Shown here one piece after another: positions 24,222 to 35,374 of a stretch of DNA of 64,000 nucleotides. This stretch comes from Klebsormidium nitens. Taxonomy: Eukaryota > Plantae > Klebsormidiophyceae. The stretch is from NCBI GenBank assembly GCA_000708835.1, contig DF237037.1:124001-188000 (forward strand), given 5' to 3'. A program made the position numbers and the translations under genes. The notes beneath the pieces are model-generated. The model was not told where the DNA came from. It was given only the letters and a program-made list of their open reading frames with translations, and did no database searches. Each line of letters starts with the position of its first letter. Within the stretch, counting starts at the first letter, position 1.

Positions 24222-27200
24222 ATGAATACCTGGTCAGGGCTCAAGACCCGCAAGGGCGGAGACACCCCAAGTGAGACAGCTGTCCGCCCACCAGACCCAG
24301 CAGCAAACACCACCAGTTTGGATCCAGCAGACTCCGCCGGCCCGTACCCCCACACAGGAGCTGGCGCCCCCTTCCCGTCCGTAACCCACGAGCTAACCCA
24401 TGAGGGTCACGCACATCAAAAGAGCCCGCATCACTCGCCAGAGGCCTCCAAGTCCATGGAGGTGATTGACCGCTTTGGGCGGCTGATCCAAGACTGGGCA
24501 AAGCCAAGCCAAGCTACCCCCCCATTCCATGGAAACCCGCCAAACCCCTCGTCCCCATCTGTCGCACGCATAATCGGCCAGCCGTCTGCTTTGCTCCGCC
24601 CCCCCTCGACGGGTGGATCCGCCTTCTCTCCTGTAACCACGTCGATCCAGGTTGAGTTGTGGCAGCCACAGCAGCGCGAAAGGGGGGAGGAGGGAAAGTG
24701 GCCGGTGCGCCTCTTCCCAAGAATCCCAACGCCCAATGCAGGTGCACCGAATGCAGCACAAGAGGGTGTGTCCTCCCCTCCTCCTAGCACAACCACTCTC
24801 ACCGGTGCCCCTGCAGAGCCTTCGCCAACGACATTGCCCCCCGCCTTCGGGGGCGCCATATCAGCTCCGCAGCACTTTGATTACCGGCTGCCTTTCTCAG
24901 GGGCTGCTCCCGAGCGGAGGCTCCAAATCCCCCCTGGACTTGAGATCGCGCGCGTGATTGACGCCAGGAGCGGCTCGCAGGCCCCGGCTTTGGAGCCCAG
25001 TTACTACGACTTTCTGCAGCTGGAAGGACGCCAGACAGCAGCCGCACAAGAGGACACTGAATCTGACGCTCCCAGTGCGGGTCACATTGGGCTGGAACTG
25101 CACCATCTCCCTTCCTCCGGCGACCCAGTCACCTCCCTCCCTTTGTTCCACCACAAGCAAGCTGGTCTGTACAGGGGGGGGTTCAAGGTGCCCACGCTGA
25201 TCCCCCCCTTAGCGGACCCAGAGTTCCGGGACCTCAGTCCAAACCAGCCAGACACTCCCACCAATCTGGGCGTCCCAACAGCGAAGGACCCGGACGCATG
25301 GGAGGAGAGGCCCGTGCAAGAAAACAAAGCTGCTGGGGGCATTCAGGGGGAGACAGCTGGCAAGGGTGTGCGAGGGGTTTATGATAAGAAGACGGGGCTT
25401 TTCCAACACATGAAAGGCGGGTTCAGGGCGTTTTCGGGCGGCCTGGGATATTTGGACGCTGAGGGGCCGCCACGTGGCGGGCCAGGACTGGTGGCCCACA
25501 GAACCTGGTGAGTTGGTGGCAGCATCAGATCAAGAGTTAGGTCTTTTGTTGCAACACTCTTTTCGGACATGTCTGCGGGGAATGTCAAACCAAACATTTC
25601 CTGGCAGCTTTCGCATACATTCTTTGCGGTGTAATAGATACGTGCCTGCTCAGACCAGAAGCTGCATTCAGCACTTGCGGCTAGTTTGTGCATGGGCAGC
25701 TGCATCCGTGCACATGAACCCGGCAATTGATTGCAACCAAAGCCAATAGTTGTCAACCTAGTTGTTTTGGTGCCCAGCTAGGATAGCCCACCTCTCAAAC
25801 GTTTCCAACATAAGTCTCTCTGCCTTCAAAGTCCTTGCATGTCCTTTGGCAGAGCAGACTCTTCAACCTCATGTTGCATGGCACCTGACTCTTTCTGAGC
25901 TATACACTCTTGGCAGAGCTAGCAGCACTGTGTCTGGACACCGCAGTAAACAACATCATTTACCCTCAGGATAAGAGGCACATTGGCGAAATTCTCCCAA
26001 CTGACCTCACAGTCCAACCTACGCTGGACCTCAGTCAATCCCTTCTCCCGATCACAATATCAAGCCTGTCTCTTCTTCAGTCACGCTTCTTTCAGTCTGC
26101 ATGTCAGCCAACCACCTGACAGATTGACAGCTGGTGCTTTGAGGTCTACTCTGTGACAGGTGTCAAGCCTCTACTGGCATCCTGCCACATAAAAGTGGGA
26201 GGCCCAAAACTGGAGCAGCTGACGAAACAGCTTCTGCTTCTCTTTTCAGGAGTGCCGTGCCAGTTACCTCGCCCCCCGGGTCTCCCCCCCGTGCACTCAG
26301 CGACTCGGGGCTTAAGAGAGCCTGGGAAGCGTCACATGCTGCTGAGCGCCTGGGGAAACGCCCGAGGTTGACCTTGGAACAACTGGAGCCCAGGTGAGAA
26401 GCAAGTCAGGAGGAAACTAACCAGCTCGTTTGATTCCGACCCTCTCCCTGTACTTGGGAATTCATGTTCCTCACTTTCCATGATTGATGCTAGTGCCTTT
26501 TGAGCATGCGATTGGGAGCTTTATACTTTCGTTTGTGACCCCGTCTTTAGGCTGATTTGCATGTCAATTTGGAGCTCCAAAACGGGTAAGTTGTTGTCAC
26601 ATTGCAACAAGGTATCAGGACCGGATTTCGAAGCCCTCTCCTTCAACAAACGCGATTTGTACTTTCCCCGGGTCCCTCACCCATTCCGAGCTAAATGCAG
26701 GTTTCGCTCGTCAAGCAACGTTAATAGCGTAATCAATGTTCGAAGGGGCTGGACGAACGACTCAAAAAGACTTTTGACAGGACACATTCCACCCACTGGA
26801 TTGCCTTCTGCCCAATCGCAAACTACCCTGAACGGACGGTGTCTTACAAACTGGGCTTCTTCCCGAGGTTTCGGCAAGCCGTGAGAGTCTCTTTTCTGTA
26901 TCCGTTGCTTAATCTCGTTCATTTCCATTTGAGCCGTTCCAAATGTCCATCTATGACGGTCTCTTATTCCCCCTCTGGCTTCCATTTGTCTTACAGACAG
27001 ACCGATGTAGACCGCAACGAGCCTGAGGGAAATGAAGCGGTTGTCCGAAACCGCGATCCTCAGGACAATGACCCGTTCAAGGAAGCGTCCAAACCCCTGT
27101 CCGGGTCCGGATTAGCCGTCGAATCGGCGGACGGAATGGGCCGCCAGCTGGCGAATGCGCAGCGCCAGCTGTCCGATGCCCGCAGCCAACTGTCGGACGC

Positions 27201-27618
27201 CCAGCGGCAGGCTTCGGACGCTCGGCAACAGCTGGTGGACGCACAGGCGTCGTGGGAAACGGACCGCCGGCAGTGGCGACAAAAGGAGGCGGCCTGGGAG
27301 GCGTTCCGGACGGCGCGAATGCAGCCGGGGGGATCCCCCGTGGCCGGCGGGGGATCCCCCGCAGTTGCTCGGGCCGGACGGTATAGCGAGGACGAGATCG
27401 GACGGCTCATCTCGGAGCGGCTCATCCGGACGGAGAGCATGCTGATTGCGGCGCTGGCGGAGATCGGACGGCTGAGAGCGTGGATTGCGGGGATGCGGGC
27501 TGCGCCGCGGGCGGGCGCTCCGGGGGCTCCGCCGGAGGGGAGTGCCTCGGGAGGTGCGCTTCCACGTGCCCCTCTGGTTTTGCGTCGTGGGCTATGCCTG
27601 CCATGCACGCGGACTTGA
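24222..27618 (+). CDS. Orphan Pro/Ser/Gly-rich protein with C-terminal heptad coiled coil (~680 aa)
   Basis: The 429-aa ORF ends at TG|GTGAGT (25507). Exon 26250-26393 has TTTTCAG and AG|GTGAGA sites. Exon 26997-27618 follows a TTACAG acceptor. All three join in phase 2. Extra small exons at 26550-26830 cannot be excluded. No domain recognised. Confidence 0.6.
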
Positions 27619-30600
27619 AAGTCTCATTTTCAGCTTTCATGTGGGTGAACAAACCGAGAATGACAACAGTCTTCTCGTCGACGATCCCGTTCCTTAATTT
27701 TCCCCACAAAAGATTCGAGTTATACATTTCAGTCATTATGTTACAACGGCCAAGTTGCCCCATCGTAAATCTGGGTACGTGTTCGGACGGCCCTTTCACG
27801 AAGCCTGGCCCGTCCAATTCAGCTATCCGTGTACAGCGCAAGCTGTACACGTCTTGCTCTGACGATCGAAGACGTCTGACAGGTTTTCCAGAGTCTGGCG
27901 TACGAAGTTGAACTGCAAAGGTGCGCCGTCGGAAAAGTTATGAGTACGCCGCAAGGGCAATTGCTTCGACGGTAAAGCAGCTGAGACTCATTGCGTCGAC
28001 CCGAAGGGACTGTAGTTTACCAGGAGGACTCTGTTTCGCGAGGTTTGCCGCGCAAGAGTCTCCCCTGAACAGCAAGGGTGTTCTTCGCGTTTCTATCAAG
28101 TCGATTTGAATGATGGTCCGAGCTCTCTGTCACTGCTTCGTTCTGCAGCTAAGTAAGAGCCAGGAGCAAAATAACAGGAAGGAGTGACGGGAATGTCACG
28201 AGTCGGCCTCCCTGCATTTTCTTGAAGCTGGCCTTGGCGGTCGAAAAGAACGGAAAGAGGCACCTCCTTAGGTCAGCATTGCCGTTCGCACTAAAGGGAA
28301 ATGATGTCAACGGATCACCTTGCTCACGTCATCGCAAGCCGTACAAGACTCTGACTTCATTCCGGTGTGCGTCCACTTGCAGACACTGTGCGGGCTTGAT
28401 CCTCTGATCGCGGCCCGAGAGGAGCCCACGTGAAACACGTGGCGGAGTTAGTGTCGGCGTCAAAGAGCTCCACATGGCCGTGTTGGGGCAGGTTCGCAGG
28501 TCGCATCATGTTAGAAAGTGGTTAGCTGCATCGCATCGCATCCGTTTGGGTCTAGGTAGAGCATAACCCGGGTTTGTGGCACATGGGCATGGTGGAATGG
28601 TTGGAGAGCTGGGTGCGGAATCTGTGCATTATGAAAGGTGAGCCTTCGGACTTGCGGTCGTCTTGACTTTTGAGCTATCTTGAGAGCGACGACCGTTGCA
28701 TCCTCAAATCCTTGATAGCATCTGCACGTGCATTATGTTGCTACTTTCGGTTTGCTTTGTTGGTCGACATGTGCGAGTTCGCTTCAAGCTCTGCGCTTAC
28801 TTTCGTCAGCAACGCGACGAAACATAGGCAACGTGTTGATTCGCGAATTGCGGCCTCGCAAAAGCGCCACGCCGTTGAAAGCCCTGCGATACTTGCTTGA
28901 AAGCGCAACAGAAGCGACCATTACACGATCAGAAAGGTGCCTAAGCGCTTTTCCTCTTCATACATCATACTCTCGCAGGGGGACTAGATATCATTCGCCT
29001 TATCTCCTCTGCAGGTATTCACGTCAAAGGTACAAACACCGTGTACGTTCTTTCAGCCGGGAGCCATTCTGCGGTTGGGAAACTTTCGACGGTTTTGACA
29101 TTGTGGCCCCACTGGGCTTTGCACAATAGGGTCAGGAAGAGATCGCGCGAGCGTGATGCACTGGGCGAAAGTACGTCTGAGTCTTGGGTTAAAAGCACAT
29201 TGGTCATTAGCAAGTTGAGTTGTATCGAAAACTTGTGTGCGTTGTGGGAAACCAATCCGCATGTGTATGCTGCGGTCAAAGACACTAAGCAGAAGTGGGA
29301 TTTGCATGCGTCGTTATGACGTGACGCCACGTCACGCTCGCAGAAGCTTATGCGAGATGAGGTCACCAGCTCTGAGGCCTAGCTAGGAGTGGAAAACCAG
29401 CTAACATCTCACGTTCTTGCTGCGATTTAATTCGGCAGCTTTCTTTTATTGACTCAAGCCGTTGTACAAGGTTTTACACTAGCCTAGGCTGGACGTTTTG
29501 ACACTCGACAATCTGGTATATCAGAAATTGACGCTCTACCGACAACAGTCTGTAGATGGTAATCTCGGATTCTGCCGCTGTGGCTAGCATATCTCAAGCT
29601 TTCATAATTCTTCGCAATGCAGCACCAGTTGTTGTAAGCTAGGACCAGCTCGCCGGCATGTGTAGGCTGTACTGCCACTTTTAACGTTGGCTTCGTACGA
29701 TCGAGTCTCTTATGGATGCCTATCTACTGCAAGAAGTTCGTAGATTGTACATTTGACTCTCAGGTTTGCCAGAGCCGGCCCTGCATGCTATACAACATGC
29801 GCGTGCTTTGGGCTAGTATGAGGACTTGGTACGGACTTAAGCTGCGCATGTATGATAGTATCGACGTTGCGCTGCAACATATGCACCTGTATAAATTCCG
29901 CATGAAACATCAGAAGCAGTCTAGCAGCCTAGACGGTAGCTGACGAATTCACCAACCGGTCCAATCCACAAAGTTGATTTAGGTATCGCGGATGCATGGA
30001 AGTGCATAATCGCTGTTGTGAGTTAGGCCGCCACATGCAACGATACTTGAAGCCTATGGCCCCCATGTGGCTACGGCGTTCAAGTTCAAAGAAAACACCA
30101 AATCATTGATTAGTAGGCTCCCGTTGCCCCCCAGCACGAGAGCTGCGCTGCATGAAGTACATGATATAAAAATGGATCGATATATGCGTACTTTGATCCC
30201 ACTTTGATTGACCGGCGTCGGATGCTTCGCTCTCAGAGGCGGGCCCACATAGACCTAGTATAGCTAGAAAGAGCAAAAAGCATGCATGATTGGTTCATTG
30301 CGTACGTACATACAACTACAATCGATTGAAGATGTCGTTAATCTAGCTGGGCTAGCTCAAAGATCGAAGTCAGGCTTATTTTCTCAGAGCTCAAATTCAC
30401 ATTTGCAAAGGACGTTACAAGCACTTTGCAGATTACGATCATCTGCGTCAATAAACCGCGATTGAGACTGAGCCTTCATGATCACGAGGCTTTCGATCAC
30501 GAGCCCGGTGACCGCCACGGCTAGGTAGCTAGCAATGTTTTGATGAGTACGAACATGCGAGCAATGATGAGGCCGGTTATTTTGAAGCAGCTCGTAGTAC

Positions 30601-31033
30601 CATGCGCCCTAATTGCCAAACGAATGATTGTTTGCCTTTGGAGCCTGCGCGCGCAAAGGCATGGCCGCCCAAGGTTGTACGCACCGAGCAATGCATGGAG
30701 CCCGCGGCCTTACCCTAGCTGGATGGGAGCTGGATCGAGCACCAGCTTCCAACGTGCATCTATGAACATATCAATGAAGGACTGGACAGGCTCTGACGGA
30801 CTTGACTCTAAGGGTGGATGGTGATCGCCGTCGAAGGGCCGATTGAGAATCAGGTCTTGGATCACAAGGATCCAATCATTCTGCCGCCGCGCATACACAT
30901 TGATTGACTAGGGTTGCCGCTAGAAGGACGGAAGTGATGATGATTGATATCAGGTTGTTTACTTGTACAAATCGCATGCGGCAACGGCCCAGCCTCAAAG
31001 AAATATACGACGCACCAATCATTTCATCCAACC

Positions 31034-34000
31034 CTACTTTTTAGCGCATATCTGTACGAGCGCCCTTGCATCTTGCAGCGTCCTCCACAGATCTATGTTA
31101 TTTGCCATGGCATTGCACTCTCTCAAGGCTTCATCCATGGCCGAGCACTCATCAAGTATCTTTCTCCTCCTTTGCCTCACGGCCGCTGCTATGGCATAGA
31201 GGAGAAGCTCCTTGGTAGCCTTCTTCTGACCGGAGCTTTGCTCAACGGTCCCGCCGACCATGCTGGCCGCTTTCGCAACGGATTCAATCTGTTCGGCCGC
31301 CAGAGCATCGGCCCAACAAACCTGTTGTAGACAAGCAAATTGGATGGGTATTCTGGACAACACAACCTTGAGAAAAAAAGGCAGGATAAGTTTCGTTGAG
31401 CACCGATGGACGCTTTTCTGGCATCTGGAAAGTGCAGAACTCACTGATGCTGTTTACAAGGCGTCAAAACCGATGATAGTAGCTGCCCAACTTACACAAT
31501 CTGCCACTAGGCCTTCGCGAAACGGAAACGATTCAAGACCATGCGTACTTCAATTCGAGCATTTCCTTTTCGTACCCACCAGCCCCAATCACAACGGAAG
31601 CTTGCGGTTTGAATCTCGAAAACAGAAAGATGCCAGAATCGCACAAGAAACGCTAAACTCAACCCCCACAGATCAGCGTCTGCTCGAAGTGGACTCTTTT
31701 GGGAGAAGGACGATAATCATGCGGTAACCGAAAACGAAGTCCCTTGCCCAATCATCACAAATTTTAGAGGAAATCTGACAGTGAGAGCTTTTACAATCTC
31801 AGCTCTTTCCAAACTCACCTCCCACAGACACAGCGTCTGCTCGAAGCTGAGCTCCCGCCGGAAGAGGACGACGACCATACGATATGCGAAGATGCAGTCC
31901 CCCGCGCCAATCTTTGCAAGATGCTGGTAGAGTTCCGGGTCGCCGTGCTCCAGAATGGCGGCGATTCGGTCCAACTGCCCGCGGATGCCCCGCTCGTCGA
32001 TGCGGAAGTTGTGCTTCGCCGTCTTCATCAACCTGGAAGAACGAAACCACGATTTAGGAGCAGTTAGCACATCTGACCGTGTTCATGACCTTGAAGAACA
32101 CGCAAGGCACTCTTTGGAGTGGAAAGCGGCCTCAACCGTGTTTCTAGACGTAAAGGTGGAGCTTTTTCTGTGCCTTCGATCAACTCATCGGCTACAAAGC
32201 ACCTTAGCGAACCCCTCGTGCTGTACCGTCAAAAGATATTCTCCAACCCAGGAGGGACGTCGGTCAACGTAGGTTCATGCCAACTAGAAACCGCTGCCTC
32301 CTCCAACAATCGACAAGCGTGGTTAAAACTTGAACTGAGAAACCGTCTCCTTTTCGACGTAAGACTTGAACGCACCACATGTCATCGTGTCTAATCAATG
32401 CATTTTCAAAGGAGGAGGTGCAAAACGGGGGACGAGTCGGACGCCAAAAATCGATTCAGAACTGAACCCAGCTTCGAACTGTCCCCTCTTGGAAAAGCAG
32501 TACACATTCTCAAATTCAGATTGAAGAGCACCCCTCACCTCTGGAAGCACCAAAACGCCTCTGCGTCACTTTCGATCAGCGCCACAAACGGCGACAGCAG
32601 ATCGCTCATCCCCTGGCAGTACCCCGTCTCCTTGTCGTAAACCGCATACGCCTCCAGGATCGCAACTAGGCGTGCGGCGTGCGCGCGCCGCGCGGGCTCC
32701 AGGTGCTCGTCGTTCTCGAGCCCCACCGCACGCGCCATCTCTTCCGCTCTCCCGGGGTCGCAGGCCGCCTGCGCGGGCGCGTACGGAATCCACGCGGCGT
32801 TCATCCGGACGGCGTCCAAGCGGATGATGCGCAGCCACGTCTGGAACTCTTCCAGGGCCTGGGCGTCTTCGGGTGGTTTGGGGTTTCCCGTTTCCGAGGG
32901 CTTTGAACTTTCCGAGGGGTTTGAAGTTTTCAGGGGGCTCGTACCAGGTTTTGCCAAATCGTCAGCGCCGCCTGTTTCCGTTGCATCCATCTCCCTTGAC
33001 GCCGACGCACTGTCCGACCCGTCCCGCGCTTTGGCTGGGGAGGGATCCCCTGACTGGGCATCAGTTTGATGTCGGTCTGAGTTCTGAGTGGTCGACTCGA
33101 AGCTACTTTCCATCCCGACACTTCTTTCCTTTTGACCGCTCTCCCGTCCTTCCTTTCCATCGGCCCCCGTCCCATTAGCAACCAACGCACCCTCCTCGGC
33201 TTGGTTTCGATTTCTCTTTGCTTCCCTCTGTAAAGCTGCCACCTCCTCCTCTTTCTCCTTCCTTACAGCCTCTTCCTTGATCCGCTGACTCAACGCCTCC
33301 ACCTGCTTCCTCAGCCGCGCAAACTTCCTCCTCCGCTCTGGTTCCTTCTTCTTCCGCTCGCCCTCCGTGCTGTCTAGCTCATGCACCCCCAGAAGGAACG
33401 GCCAAACCTCGGACCGGATCTCGGGAGCCACCCCCCCGCGCCGGACTCGTCCAATAACTTGCGCACCGTTGTTAAGCAACCGGCCGTCGCCGTCGAATGC
33501 GTTTTTCCAGTCTTCGGCGGTCAAGGGCTTGGGCCGCCGTTTCGTGCTGCTCCAGGGGGTTTGGCTGCAGAGCAAAGGATGAGAAGCGGGGATTAGAGCG
33601 CAGTGCAAGAAAGTAGCAGCCCCAGTCATGCCTCACGTACGTGCTCTACTCATTGCCCCAGAAGGTAAGCTAACTAAACTGTCTATCAGGCTATCCACCA
33701 AGGATCGTCATGCGATGTAAGGAATTCACTTGAATCACTGTACAGTGCAGGTCTCAAGCTTGATCAGAAAGTTGAATTGATCAGAATGGGAGCTGCTTCA
33801 CACAAGTCAATTCCCATTTCATGCAGAATCGAGACCCTGCGTCACGAATATCATATTCAAGGAATTCTCAAAGTTCGCCGGCTGTACGCGTTTGTAGCCT
33901 CTACATCAATTTGTCACTGCCATCCTGTGTGACCGATGAATTTAAACCGACAATTAAAGCACCACCAACACAAGATTCACAAGCGTAAAAGCCCTGCAGA

Positions 34001-35100
34001 AAGTCTCTCTCCAGAATAGTACTTTGAAGTTTCAGCGCTCGCTTGATCTCAGCTACTCAAAGCAGTCAAAAGACCAGGTTCTGGCTAAGAGCAAAGTACA
34101 AGAGTTGACAATGAGAAATACCCCGGTCAAGCAATTTGCCAGATCATGACAAAAACAGTGAAAGAAACCTTTTCTTGCAGGAAGCTAGATCTGAGCAAAT
34201 CTCATGATCATCAAAGCACGTCCAGAAGAAAACCCCAAGCTGCTCGAAATTGTGGCTAACTCACCCCTGTATGATGTAGACGCCTGCCACTCCTGCAACC
34301 AAGGCAACCCCCACCCCGATGGCCAACGCCGCTGCATGCTGATTGGAGGGCGCGGCCAGGCCCCGGAAGATTCCCATGGAATGCTGGAAGTTGACGAGCC
34401 CCGATACGAGCGGCTCGAGCTGTTGCAACATGAGGCCCAGATGTATCAGAAGAGATTCATTTACTGGAGCTGGACTAAGATTCTCGAGGTTGAAAACCCC
34501 TCTTCACCAATGCTGTGGCGCCTGCAAGGAAATTCAAAGCATCGAGGATTTTGCCATTTGGGGGATTTTGTGCCGCGCCCCTTCGATCCTTCTTGAACGG
34601 TTTCCCGAAGTTAGGGTTCTCCTCATTGACATTGTGCGTGCGGCTAGGGTTTTGTTCAGGATCCCATCTTTCTGAGCGCGCGCGCGTTCACGACACCTTT
34701 CCAGAAATCCACAGGCACCCCCTCAGCTCAGCTCAGGCTCAGCTCAGCTCTGCTCATGGATGCTCACCTCGGCTTAGCTGGAAGCCCAGCTCAGCTCAGC
34801 TCAACAGCTCAGCACTAGGTAGGACTAAGATCTAAGTTCTTAGCTCGAACCACACTGGACCATCCACTTCATGCATTCAGAACACTGACCTCAACACTTT
34901 GGTCCAAGATTCTCTGGATGGGTGCCCCACATCCCACTGCCACCTGTCGCGCCAAAAAAAGAGGTCTGCTCTGAGCCGCTCAGGCGGAACAAGAACCGAT
35001 CCATCAGCAAGGTTGCTGCCGTGCTTACAATGGCACCCAATCCTGAGAATCCATGAGTGGTAGATTGGCCTGTAGCACCATTCTTCCGGAGTTTCTCCAT
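31034..35100 (-). CDS. TBC-domain Rab GTPase-activating protein (plant Ypt/Rab-GAP, Gyp7-like)
   Basis: Phase-consistent exons: 35100-35029, 34419-34265, 33564-32539, 32032-31819, 31321-31034. Motifs: GGVAPEIRSEVWPFLLGV, IIRLDAVRM, GYCQGMSDLLSPF, AFWCF, FAYRMVVVLFRRELSFEQTLCLWE, LLLYAIAAAVRQRRRKIL..CSAMDEALRECN. There is a hydrophobic N-terminal segment ALAIGVGVALVAGVAGVYII. Confidence 0.9.
31655..31740 (-). repeat. Degenerate copy of the 3' end plus donor of TBC exon 32032-31819, lying in the downstream intron
   Basis: Plus-strand AAACTCAACCCCCACAGATCAGCGTCTGCTCGAAG versus the real AAACTCACCTCCCACAGACACAGCGTCTGCTCGAAG. Confidence 0.85.
34722..34812. repeat. Imperfect (CTCAG)n microsatellite in TBC intron 1
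   Basis: Two runs of CTCAG units read directly from the sequence. Confidence 0.9.
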
Positions 35101-35374
35101 TCTCCTCCTCCATTTCTCCGCAATGTTTCAATCCACAAATCAACGTCCTAGCAAAGTCCGCAAATTGAGGCACCCAGTAAAGATTTCCTTGCCCCGATCG
35201 AAATGCACATCGTTGACCAAGGAGCTCGCAAATTCAGCATTGGGTGAAACTTGAGCAGCAGTCGGTGGTGGTTTTGGAAATGTGACGGTGGAACCTGTAG
35301 ATCAGTAGCTGACACCATCAGAATGAGTCTGCATTGAGGCAGGGAAAGGAGACTGCACGAACTGCGCTGCAATC

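Noticed and set aside
28426-29336. Paired G-box palindrome CCACGTG-AAA-CACGTGG (28426-28442) and TGACG/CCACGTCA cluster (29317-29336)
   Set aside because: They lie between convergent gene 3' ends with no identifiable promoter, and short motifs like these occur by chance.
34204-34596. 130-aa plus-strand ORF
   Set aside because: It is the antisense shadow of TBC exon 34419-34265; no domain and no splice support.
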